Source: Candidatus Uhrbacteria bacterium
GTDB taxonomy: Bacteria > Patescibacteriota > Patescibacteriia > JACQRZ01
Direction of reading: 5' to 3'
Assembly: GCA_016206155.1 (NCBI GenBank)
Contig: JACQSC010000004.1
Coordinates: 7,450 to 71,449 of the forward strand
Length of the DNA: 64,000 nt
Under the pieces are notes generated by a model. It was given only the letters and a program-made list of their open reading frames with translations. It searched no databases and had not been told where the DNA came from. A program made the position numbers and the translations under genes. Shown here piece after piece: positions 55,499 through 64,000 of the stretch; the stretch's first letter is position 1; the number at the start of each line of letters is the position of its first letter.

Positions 55499-57487
55499 TT
55501 AGCGTACCACGGTAAGCGCTATCAAGAGCGCTACAATGTTAAGAATTTTAATCATAGGATTGATCGCCGGTCCAGCCGTATCCTTGTATGGATCGCCGAC
55601 CGTATCACCGGTCACCGCCGCTTGATGCGCGAGTGATCCTTTTCCGCCAAAGTTTCCTTCTTCAATATATTTTTTTGCATTATCCCAAGCGCCGCCACCA
55701 GATGTCATCGATACGGCAACAAAAATTCCCGTCACGATAGAACCGACAAGAACACCGCCCAGCGCCTCAAACCCAAGGAGCGCCCATATCACCAATGGTG
55801 TTGCGACAGGAATAAGCGCTGGAACGATCATCTTCTGAATTGCGGCGCGCGTCACAATATCAACCGTTCGCCCGTAATCTGGCTTTGCTGCTCCCTCCAT
55901 AATGCCTTTAATTTCTCTAAATTGGCGTCGTACCTCCTCAACAACCTTCCCCGCTGTTGCGCCCACTGCTTCCATTGAAAGCGCACCAAAGTAATAGGGG
56001 AGAAGCCCGCCGATAAAAAGGCCGATGAGAACTTTTGGTTGGTCTATGAGAAATTGAGTTTTTCCGCCAAGCGCGTGCGTGTAGTCGGCAAACAGAACGA
56101 GTGCGGCAAGTGCGGCGGAACCGATCGCATATCCTTTTGTCACTGCTTTTGTGGTGTTGCCAACGGCATCAAGCGGATCGGTAACGTCGCGCACCTCTTT
56201 GGGCAATCCCGCCATCTCGGCAATACCTCCTGCGTTATCGGTAATCGGACCGTATGAATCGATAGCAACAATCATTCCGGCCATCGAGAGCATAGCCATT
56301 GCCGCAACCGCAATACCGTAGAGGCCGCCAAGAGAGAACGCGGCGAGGATACCCGCGCAAATCACGATCACGGGCCATGCTGTTGACTTCATTGAGATTG
56401 CCAGTCCGGTAATAATGTTGGTGGCGTGTCCGGTTTGCGATGCGACAGCGATAGCGCGAACAGGAGAATGCTTTGTCGATGTATAGTATTCGGTAATGGC
56501 AACAAACAATCCCGTCACGGCAATGCCAACGAGCGCGGCAAAGTATACATTGATGGCAGAGACCGACTCAAGCCCTCCCATCATTTTCATCGTAACGGGA
56601 TAGAGAACCAACGCGGAAAGCGCGCCAGAAACGATCAGCCCCTTGTATAACGCCCCCATGATATTGTTTCGCGATCCAAGCCTGATAAAAAAAGCTCCGA
56701 TAATTGAGGTAACGATAGAAAGCGCTCCGATAACCAACGGATACAGCACGGCGGCATCGCGACCGGCGAACGTGTAATACCCCAAAACCATTGTCGCCAC
56801 AGCCGTCACGGCGTATGTTTCAAAAAGATCGGCAGCCATTCCTGCGCAATCGCCAACATTATCGCCAACATTATCGGCAATCACAGCCGGATTGCGCGGA
56901 TCGTCTTCAGGAATTCCCGCTTCCACCTTTCCTACCAGGTCGGCTCCAACATCGGCCGCCTTGGTAAAAATACCGCCGCCAAGCCGCGCAAACACCGAGA
57001 TAAGGCTTCCGCCAAAACCAAGACCGATCAGAGCCTTAATGTCGTGCGTTAGTGCATAGAATCCCGCGACCCCCAACAATCCAAGTCCGACGACAAGCAA
57101 GCCGGTTACCAGCCCCCCTTTTACGGCCATCTCAAGGGCTGGCGCGAATCCGCGTTTTGCCGCCTCTGCGGTGCGGACATTCGCGCGTACCGATACGTTC
57201 ATACCAATATATCCTGCCGCACCCGAGAACGCCGCGCCAATGAGAAAGGCGGCTGCCGTCTTGATGCCAAGAAATAAGGCGATAAGTATTGCAACAATAA
57301 CTGCAACAATGACAATTGTTCGATATTGGCGATTTAAATATGCGGAAGCTCCCGCCTGTATTGCCTGCGCGATAGATTTCATGGTTTCATCACCGGATGG
57401 TTGACGGACAATCCAACGGATCAAAAACGCGCCATAGATAATCGCGGCAATGCTTACAATGATTGAAAAAAGAAGTTCTGGAGACAT
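55499..57487 (-). CDS. hppA: membrane-bound ion-translocating pyrophosphatase, K+-independent signature
   Basis: [36 protein letters not shown]. Confidence 0.95.
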   Translation of the reverse strand: MSPELLFSIIVSIAAIIYGAFLIRWIVRQPSGDETMKSIAQAIQAGASAYLNRQYRTIVIVAVIVAILIALFLGIKTAAAFLIGAAFSGAAGYIGMNVSVRANVRTAEAAKRGFAPALEMAVKGGLVTGLLVVGLGLLGVAGFYALTHDIKALIGLGFGGSLISVFARLGGGIFTKAADVGADLVGKVEAGIPEDDPRNPAVIADNVGDNVGDCAGMAADLFETYAVTAVATMVLGYYTFAGRDAAVLYPLVIGALSIVTSIIGAFFIRLGSRNNIMGALYKGLIVSGALSALVLYPVTMKMMGGLESVSAINVYFAALVGIAVTGLFVAITEYYTSTKHSPVRAIAVASQTGHATNIITGLAISMKSTAWPVIVICAGILAAFSLGGLYGIAVAAMAMLSMAGMIVAIDSYGPITDNAGGIAEMAGLPKEVRDVTDPLDAVGNTTKAVTKGYAIGSAALAALVLFADYTHALGGKTQFLIDQPKVLIGLFIGGLLPYYFGALSMEAVGATAGKVVEEVRRQFREIKGIMEGAAKPDYGRTVDIVTRAAIQKMIVPALIPVATPLVIWALLGFEALGGVLVGSIVTGIFVAVSMTSGGGAWDNAKKYIEEGNFGGKGSLAHQAAVTGDTVGDPYKDTAGPAINPMIKILNIVALLIALTVVR

Positions 57488-57496
57488 ACAAGAAAA

Positions 57497-57530
57497 GGGG
57501 TTAGGGGTTAGGGGTTAGGGGTTAGGGGTT
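57497..57530 (-). repeat. telomere-like heptamer array D, (GGGGTTA)n on + strand
   Basis: Five GGGG runs at 7-nt period; spans nusA stop, ends 9 nt before hppA ATG. Confidence 0.9.
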
Positions 57531-58764
57531 CTTCTTCGTCAGATACAGTTGCGCGAAGGTCTATCTCTTCCCCGGCATCCTCAGACTGTTCACTGCCCTC
57601 TAGATACTCCCTGACAGCTCCGTCTGGATGAATCTCTATATTCCATTCCGTAAGCTGCGACGCAAGGCGAACGTTCTGTCCGCCCTTTCCAATCGCAAGC
57701 GAGAGCTGATCCTCGGGAACAAGAACACGCGCTGTTTTCATCTCGGGAAACAATTCGATAGAAGAAATCTTTGCCGGGGAAATCGCGTTGGCAATAAACA
57801 CTTCAGGGTCGTCATCATACATGATGACGTCGATCTTTTCACCGCCGAGTTCTGCTATGATCATCTGGATGCGTCCGCCACGCTGGCCAATGCACGAACC
57901 AATGGGATCGATGTTGTCCTGATGAGACAAGACAGCGACCTTTGAACGATTGCCACCGTCACGGCTGATTTTTTTTATCTCAATTGCGCCAGATGCAACC
58001 TCTGGAATTTCTGATTCGAAAATGCGCTGAACCATTAATGGTGTTGCGCGGGATACGATAATTTCGGGTCCGCGGCCGCTCTCATGGACTGAAAGCACGA
58101 ATACCTTTATGCGATCGCCGGGATTGTAGCGTTCGCGAGAAATCTGTTCCGACATCGGGAGCATGGCAGAGATCTTTCCCAGATCTATCAAGACGCGGCT
58201 GTCCTCTCGCCGCTGAACCGTTCCTGTGATAATGGCTCCCTCTTTATCCTTGAACATACTGTACAAAAGATTGCGCTCCGCTTCTCGAATTTTTTGAATG
58301 ATTACCTGTTTGGCTGTTTGCGCCGCCATGCGTCCGTATTCTGCCGGCACGGATAACTCGGTGCGCATTTCCTCGCCGAGGCCGACGTCCTCCTTTAGGA
58401 TTCGCGCATCAGACAATTGAATGTCTGTTTTCGGATTAAAACGCCTTTTTTCCTCATCTTCTTCGGCACTTACCTCAACAGCTTCTTCAAGATCGCTCTT
58501 TCTCTTCTCTTCCTTACCCTGCTCTTTTTCTTCCTCTCCTTCACTAAAATCTTCTGGAAGGTCTTCAACGACAGTCTTCACATCAAAAACACGAGACTCA
58601 CCCGTTTTGATGTCAAACTCAACTTTGATATTTTGATTTTTCTCGCCAAAATCTTTGCGATAAGCGGCAGCCAATGCTGCCTCAAGCGCCTCAATAACCT
58701 GCTCCTGAGGGATGCCACGATCGTCGCAAATTTGCTTGATAGCCGATGCTATTGGATTGTTCAT
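57508..58764 (-). CDS. nusA: transcription termination/antitermination factor NusA
   Basis: [21 protein letters not shown]1 and KH domains, [15 protein letters not shown]. Confidence 0.97.
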   Translation of the reverse strand: MNNPIASAIKQICDDRGIPQEQVIEALEAALAAAYRKDFGEKNQNIKVEFDIKTGESRVFDVKTVVEDLPEDFSEGEEEKEQGKEEKRKSDLEEAVEVSAEEDEEKRRFNPKTDIQLSDARILKEDVGLGEEMRTELSVPAEYGRMAAQTAKQVIIQKIREAERNLLYSMFKDKEGAIITGTVQRREDSRVLIDLGKISAMLPMSEQISRERYNPGDRIKVFVLSVHESGRGPEIIVSRATPLMVQRIFESEIPEVASGAIEIKKISRDGGNRSKVAVLSHQDNIDPIGSCIGQRGGRIQMIIAELGGEKIDVIMYDDDPEVFIANAISPAKISSIELFPEMKTARVLVPEDQLSLAIGKGGQNVRLASQLTEWNIEIHPDGAVREYLEGSEQSEDAGEEIDLRATVSDEEEPLTPNP

Positions 58765-58771
58765 ACTAAAT

Positions 58772-58804
58772 AGGGTTTAGGGTAGAGGGTTTAGGGTAGA
58801 GGGT
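58772..58804 (-). repeat. telomere-like heptamer array E
   Basis: Alternating TTTAGGG/TAGAGGG, five GGG runs, ends about 7 nt before nusA ATG. Confidence 0.85.
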
Positions 58805-58809
58805 ATAGT

Positions 58810-58836
58810 AAAAAAGGATAGTGTAACCACTATCCT
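58810..58836 (-). terminator. leader terminator/attenuator upstream of nusA
   Basis: Minus strand AGGATAGTG-GTTA-CACTATCCT followed by T-run, downstream of the promoter. Confidence 0.65.
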
Positions 58837-58846
58837 AATGTTTCAT

Positions 58847-58875
58847 ATACTACTACAAGCACCCTGTTTAGTCAA
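58847..58875 (-). promoter_or_regulatory. nusA promoter
   Basis: TTGACT-N17-TAGTAT. Confidence 0.55.
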
Positions 58876-58883
58876 GGGGACGC

Positions 58884-59762
58884 CTACACCTTCAGCAAGA
58901 ATGCAAACAGACCGATGAGCGCGAGGGTCTGTGCAATGACGTGTGGGTGCTGTTTTTTCATCTCGATCACAATGGTGAGCGCAAGCGCAACGCCAAAGAG
59001 GGCTATGAGTCCGATATAGATCCAACGGGAGGCGGCAAAGGCTTGTGAAATAGTGGATCCTAAGCTCTTTGCGTAGGTATATTTTTCGATCGGTGTTGGC
59101 TGAATAGGCTCTGCCCGTGCAACAGCAATCCCGTCTCCACGGGACTCCTTGTTTGGGCGCACATCGCCAAATGAGCCTTGCGCGCCGCTGTTTCGCGGCG
59201 CCGCAAAATGCTGTGCGACAAATATCGTTTGCGCGCCATTGTATTCACCGCTGATGGCTCCTACGCCGATGTCTTTAAAATCCTTGTCGATCAAATTTGC
59301 ATAATGGGTGCCGCTCTTTCTCCACGCGTCAACAACCTGTTCTGCCGAGAAGAATCCCATGGCAAGATTCTCTCCGACTACTTCATAATCATAGCCCTCA
59401 CGCCGTATCCAGGAGGCAAGCGTTTTGCCATCGGGACCAGTGTGGCTAAAGTACTGACTTCCAGCCATGTCGTGAGCTTTTTCGCGAGACGAAGAGGAAA
59501 GAGCCCGAGAAACCGAAAGCGGAGGCGCTCCATTTTGAGCGCGCAGGTCATTCGTAAGAGAGGCAATCTGTATGGCTTGCGCCTCGAGCGCATCTTCTGC
59601 CATAAATGCTCCCAGCGGAACTGCAAACACCACAAGCATAACAATGCCCTTTACCAACAAACCAACGCCCCCATAAAGCACTATCCGTTTTGCATGAAGA
59701 ATATGGGGATGATAATTGTTTTCCTCATGCGGAATAAAATACTTCTTTGCCGTTGCGCGCAT
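58884..59762 (-). CDS. CAP/SCP domain membrane protein
   Basis: TN..R, KA.DM....YFSH, GENLA, W..S.TH.AN, VAQHF; TM helices at both ends. Confidence 0.88.
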   Translation of the reverse strand: MRATAKKYFIPHEENNYHPHILHAKRIVLYGGVGLLVKGIVMLVVFAVPLGAFMAEDALEAQAIQIASLTNDLRAQNGAPPLSVSRALSSSSREKAHDMAGSQYFSHTGPDGKTLASWIRREGYDYEVVGENLAMGFFSAEQVVDAWRKSGTHYANLIDKDFKDIGVGAISGEYNGAQTIFVAQHFAAPRNSGAQGSFGDVRPNKESRGDGIAVARAEPIQPTPIEKYTYAKSLGSTISQAFAASRWIYIGLIALFGVALALTIVIEMKKQHPHVIAQTLALIGLFAFLLKV

Positions 59763-59767
59763 AGTGA

Positions 59768-62700
59768 CTATTGTCCTCCTCCTCTTGCGATATCGGCAAG
59801 ATCAACATTGCTAATGCCAAGACCAAGGCTCCTCATAACCCGAAACGCATCTGCGGGGCGGCCAAGGTAATATCGCTTTAAGTCAGTCGGATTCACATAC
59901 CATGCTTCACCGTGCGATTGAACCTGAAGAAAAATAAATCCCGCATATCGCCGCGCAAATGAAGAGTCGAGGTTCATTGACGCGGCGCCACCCTTCCGTG
60001 GGTCGTAACTCGCAAATAGTTCCGTGTAATCGCTATATCCATCACCGTCGCTGTCTCTCTTCTGCGGATCGGTTCCAAGCGACTGCTCTACTGCGTCTGA
60101 TAAACCGTCTTCGTCCTGGTCCGGCTTGCCGTCAACATTCAAATTCGCCATTGGAATGCGTTGAATATCGCCGTTCGTGATGCCAACCCCCAGGGATCGC
60201 ATGATGGCAAACGCATCTGCAGGACGGCCAAGATAATGCCGCTGTTTTGTCTTGGGATAGACATACCACGCTTCACCCTTTTCTTGCACCTGAAGAAGTA
60301 TCTTTCCGGAAAGGCGCACCGCGCGTGCCGAAGGAGGGGGTGTAGCCTGCTCAGTGACTGGTAAAGATATAATTTCTTTCGTTGCCGTTTGAACGGTATC
60401 ATTTAACTGAAGATAGAGAATTGAGTCAGAGACTGCTTTTGACGCGCTCCCGTTGCTATGGAGAAACTTTACGTATACTGTTTTTGTCCCGAACCCATCG
60501 GAAAAAGTCCATGGTTTTGTCTTTGCGAGCGATTCTTTTTTTGCCCCTTCAAACTGTTCGTTGTTTGCGATCAATACAAAAGCGGTGTCGGGCCCTGCGT
60601 TAAGCGTCAGAGTTACCTCGCGCGACGATGTCATTGCGTCATCGTTGTTAATCACAACCGTAAAACCTCCTTTCGGCGCTGTTGGTTTGAGAGATGACGA
60701 TTCGGTGGTTGAACTGCTTGACGATCCACCCCCACCACCCCCGGAGGAACCACCGCCTCCGCCAGACGATCCGCCGCCACTGCTTTGCGCCACTGTCTCA
60801 GAATATGCGGCAAACGTTGTAAAATGTTTTGTCCATATCACAAGATCTGACCCTGCATCAATCTTACATGTTCCAACATCGGGCAGCGCATCTCCGACTG
60901 CCTGGCTATTCGAAGAACAGGATGAGGTTATTTCGGTAAACTCGCCTCCGGGTCGAATATATCCGGCTCTTTTTCCCGCCTCCCCTGTCAGCGTAATCGC
61001 AACCCCCTTGCTCAATGAAAAATTTATTGTTGCGGATCCCACTTCAACAGCTGCGCTCAACGTTCTTGTTTTGCCACTAGCGGTGGGAAGCGTAACATTT
61101 GTTGTGGGCGTTGGCATCTTCAGCACGCCGTCCCACGAACTGCTTGAACTCGTAAGGGTTGTACTGTCCGGTATGGAAACAGTGGCGCGCGCATGATTCA
61201 TGGTTATTCTTGGGAATATGCCCGAACCGTTTGAAACAAGCGTCGCAGCGTCAAGACCTGAATCGGTGAGACCTTCGTCAATGCTCACGGTCACCGCTTC
61301 CTCCAAAGAACGCACAACAATACGTGGATACTCGCGCGTGGCTGTTGCTCTTCCGTTTGTATCGGGGAGTCGATCGATTGTGGTGAGCACTTTTGGCATA
61401 ACGGTGTATTGTTGTGTTGTCCCGTCTTCTGCCGTCACCGTGTATACCACAGGATTTGTAAAATTTTGCGCGGAGCCGGATGCCGGGGAGATCGAAGCGC
61501 CCGTATGAGTAATCGTTGGCGTTAATGTCGTGATTGTTGCATTAACCGGGATCGGAATAACAATCACGCGTCGGTTCTCGTGAATAATCCCTTGCACTAC
61601 CGGATTTTGAAATGAAAACGCGGTAATGCGCTTTGCAGGATTGAGTGCAACGCTCATGTTCAGCGTATAACTCCGTTGCGATCGATCCTGCGACGTCACC
61701 GTATAGGTTTGCTGCGCCTGAAACGTAAGCGCTCCGGCCGCCGGACTTATGGAGGAGCCGGCAAATTGGATGGCGGAGGTCAAATTGGAAATGGGCGTCC
61801 CAAACGGAAAAACAATTGTGATGGTGCGGGCAGTCTGATCAATGGTTCCTTGCGCGGTGGCCGAACTCGATCCGGGATTTGTCGCTGTCACCGCAAATGC
61901 TGTAATCCTTGGCTCTTGGGCAATCGTCACAGTCACCGTATATGATGCGCGAGTGCCATCTTGCGCGGTAACCATGTACACCACAGGATTGGTGAAATTT
62001 TGCGCGGAACCGGATGCCGGGGAGATCGAAGCGCCCGTATGAGTAATTGTTGGCGCCAATGCCGTGACGGTTGTGTCGTATGGAACAACAGCACTTATTG
62101 TTTTTTGCTCCTCATCAATCGTGCCAACGTATTCGTTCGTATCCCGCGTAATAGTAAAAAGTGTTATTCGTTTCACGCTACTTGGCGCAACCGTCACGGT
62201 CACAATGTAAGTCTGCGTGGTTGAATCCGGTGCTGTAACCGTATATACCACGGGAGTGGTAAAATTTTGCACAACGCCGGATGCCGGAGAAACGGAGCTG
62301 CCAAGGATTTCGATCGTGGGTGATAGTGCGGTCACATCGGTGCCAAATGGAACCATTAATGCAATACCCCTGCTTTGATCATTGATGGTGCCCGCTACCG
62401 GTCCGCTCAATACGGTAAACCCGACTATTTTTTTTGCGGTTTGATGGGGTGCGCTTTGCACCTGTATCGCGGAATCCGAAAGAGCGTTATTGTTTACGTC
62501 TCGTACGGTTGTCGCAAGTCCTGCGGGAACTGAAAATTGTTTGTTGCCCGAGAGCAAACCGCTGCCGCCTGTTCGGGCGGTAAGCGTAATGGTCAGTACC
62601 GTTGCGGAGGAATCAAGAGAAAGCGTTCCGTCATACGTTGTATCGGCGGGAGTATCTCCCGCATCAACGTCAACGGTTGCAATATTTTTTATCGTAACGA

Positions 62701-64000
62701 CACCCGTTGTTCTTGCCAGGGAAACATCTCCTGTCGCGCCGTCGGCAATGGTGAGCGCCGATCCTCCCGGTATGAGCGTTTGCGCAATTGAGGTGGCATC
62801 GATTGGTTCGATAAACGTGAGCGTCAGAATATCTCCCGCATCAAGTCGATTGCGCGCCGCTGTGTCGGTAAAGACAAGCGACGTAACGCTTGGACGGGTC
62901 GTATCAACGCTTCCCGAGGATCCGACCGCTGCCAACGCTCCGCCGTTTATGGTTCGTTGTGTTTGATAGATATCGGCGTATTGCGTTGTGCCGTCACTCC
63001 ATACCACGTCGGTTGTTGCAACGCTGAAACTCACCGATCCCACTGCAGAAAAACCAATGTCCGCCCGCACAACGAAATTTTGCGGGTTCCCATCGGAAAC
63101 GTTTTGGCTGCTATTGTACGTATTGATAGCGCACCGCCATTTTGTTTGTGAGTGCGGATTGCACGATGTTTTATACAAATTATTGAGATCAAATTGCTCG
63201 GGATAGATGACAAGATTGTTAACAGTTGCAAAACTCTTGGAAACAGTTACATCCATGCGAGTAATGCTCGCGGTGTTTACCGTTGCATCGTTTGTATCAC
63301 CTTGCGCTTGCGCGGTCATCCTAAGAACCATCACTCCTTGCGCTCCGGTTATAGCGCCGCTCGGTGTGTTTCCCGCTGGCGCAAGGGCAAGGAGGGCGTG
63401 TGCAAGTGTAATGCTATTCCCTTGCACGCCGGCAAGTGCGGTACCACTCAACGAAAGAACAGCTGACGAAACAGCTCCAACCCCATGCACACCCGAAAGC
63501 GCAAATGAGACAGACAGCCCTGAGACCGGACCGGATTGAAATCCCGCATACTGCGGACGAACCAAGAGATAGGTCGACTGAGAAGCAACTACCTGAATTC
63601 GGTTGTCTCCGGCAAGTTGCCACGTCACTGTTCCCGGGTTTGTTCCGTTCGCCGAGAGATTCACGGAGCCCCCTTTTTGGGTCCATGGCCCGCTTGCGGC
63701 AAGTGCGGTCCACAGCGTTGCCGATGTAAGCGCCGCGTCTTGAGCGTCGGCTTGTGTTTTGATAATTACTTGATCAACAAGAATATCTTCTGTGGCGGAA
63801 GCGGTTAGCTGCGCAAGCAACGCGCCTTGATCGGGAGCCGTACCGGCAACTGCATAATAAGCCGCGGGGGTTGAAGAGTGCAGGGAGGCAGAAAGTGTTG
63901 GGGCCGGAGCAACTGTTACCGTTACCGTGTATATCTTTGTTGACCCGTCAAGGGCGGTAACCGTATACTGCACGGGTTGAGTAAAATTTTGCGCGCTTCC
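59768..64000 (-). CDS. very large surface protein (5' end outside window) with Ig/cadherin-like repeats, Gly/Ser linker, Ca-binding DxDxDG repeats and duplicated C-terminal module
   Basis: Frame open to window edge; repeated ISPASG.AQNFT.PV.YTVTA.DG units; DQDEDGLSD/DSDGDGYSD; G.ILLQVQ..GEAWYV.P...R.YLGRPADAF x2. Confidence 0.85.
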   Translation of the reverse strand, partial: GSAQNFTQPVQYTVTALDGSTKIYTVTVTVAPAPTLSASLHSSTPAAYYAVAGTAPDQGALLAQLTASATEDILVDQVIIKTQADAQDAALTSATLWTALAASGPWTQKGGSVNLSANGTNPGTVTWQLAGDNRIQVVASQSTYLLVRPQYAGFQSGPVSGLSVSFALSGVHGVGAVSSAVLSLSGTALAGVQGNSITLAHALLALAPAGNTPSGAITGAQGVMVLRMTAQAQGDTNDATVNTASITRMDVTVSKSFATVNNLVIYPEQFDLNNLYKTSCNPHSQTKWRCAINTYNSSQNVSDGNPQNFVVRADIGFSAVGSVSFSVATTDVVWSDGTTQYADIYQTQRTINGGALAAVGSSGSVDTTRPSVTSLVFTDTAARNRLDAGDILTLTFIEPIDATSIAQTLIPGGSALTIADGATGDVSLARTTGVVTIKNIATVDVDAGDTPADTTYDGTLSLDSSATVLTITLTARTGGSGLLSGNKQFSVPAGLATTVRDVNNNALSDSAIQVQSAPHQTAKKIVGFTVLSGPVAGTINDQSRGIALMVPFGTDVTALSPTIEILGSSVSPASGVVQNFTTPVVYTVTAPDSTTQTYIVTVTVAPSSVKRITLFTITRDTNEYVGTIDEEQKTISAVVPYDTTVTALAPTITHTGASISPASGSAQNFTNPVVYMVTAQDGTRASYTVTVTIAQEPRITAFAVTATNPGSSSATAQGTIDQTARTITIVFPFGTPISNLTSAIQFAGSSISPAAGALTFQAQQTYTVTSQDRSQRSYTLNMSVALNPAKRITAFSFQNPVVQGIIHENRRVIVIPIPVNATITTLTPTITHTGASISPASGSAQNFTNPVVYTVTAEDGTTQQYTVMPKVLTTIDRLPDTNGRATATREYPRIVVRSLEEAVTVSIDEGLTDSGLDAATLVSNGSGIFPRITMNHARATVSIPDSTTLTSSSSSWDGVLKMPTPTTNVTLPTASGKTRTLSAAVEVGSATINFSLSKGVAITLTGEAGKRAGYIRPGGEFTEITSSCSSNSQAVGDALPDVGTCKIDAGSDLVIWTKHFTTFAAYSETVAQSSGGGSSGGGGGSSGGGGGGSSSSSTTESSSLKPTAPKGGFTVVINNDDAMTSSREVTLTLNAGPDTAFVLIANNEQFEGAKKESLAKTKPWTFSDGFGTKTVYVKFLHSNGSASKAVSDSILYLQLNDTVQTATKEIISLPVTEQATPPPSARAVRLSGKILLQVQEKGEAWYVYPKTKQRHYLGRPADAFAIMRSLGVGITNGDIQRIPMANLNVDGKPDQDEDGLSDAVEQSLGTDPQKRDSDGDGYSDYTELFASYDPRKGGAASMNLDSSFARRYAGFIFLQVQSHGEAWYVNPTDLKRYYLGRPADAFRVMRSLGLGISNVDLADIARGGGQ

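Noticed and set aside
57497-57530. Eukaryotic telomere contamination or chromosome end
   Set aside because: The arrays are short, internal and fused to the reading frames of bacterial genes on both sides.

Overview
This is a chromosomal window from a Patescibacteria (CPR) genome, probably Parcubacteria of the ABY1 type, using standard code 11. The taxonomy is inferred from the gene repertoire and from duplicated GKILLQV..GEAWYV domains in a surface protein. Housekeeping content: def, priA, clpB (with CIRCE), tsaB, rarA, mraZ-rsmH-ftsL-ftsI-murF, znuABC, hsp20, fba/pfkB/2-hydroxyacid dehydrogenase, rpiB-rpe-split transketolase, proS, pilB, ftsH, rpsA, hppA, nusA and tRNA-Glu/Gly/Leu. There are also many toxin-antitoxin modules, several decayed, and large surface proteins. 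No CRISPR array, rRNA, integrase or transposase was seen. The most unusual signals are non-coding. (1) A small GIY-YIG nuclease gene lies between a tRNA-Glu 5' half split by hairpin insertions and an intact tRNA-Glu that supplies its stop codon. (2) Five telomere-like (CCCTAAA-type) heptamer arrays are always C-rich on the mRNA strand and end 3-9 nt before a start codon. (3) tRNA-Leu 3'-end repeats and a structured spacer delimit single-gene cassettes with no integrase in the window. (4) Several palindromic repeat families occur, one inserted in frame inside tsaB. (5) A 180-nt hairpin lies upstream of rpsA. All calls come from reading the sequence by eye; no database search was run.
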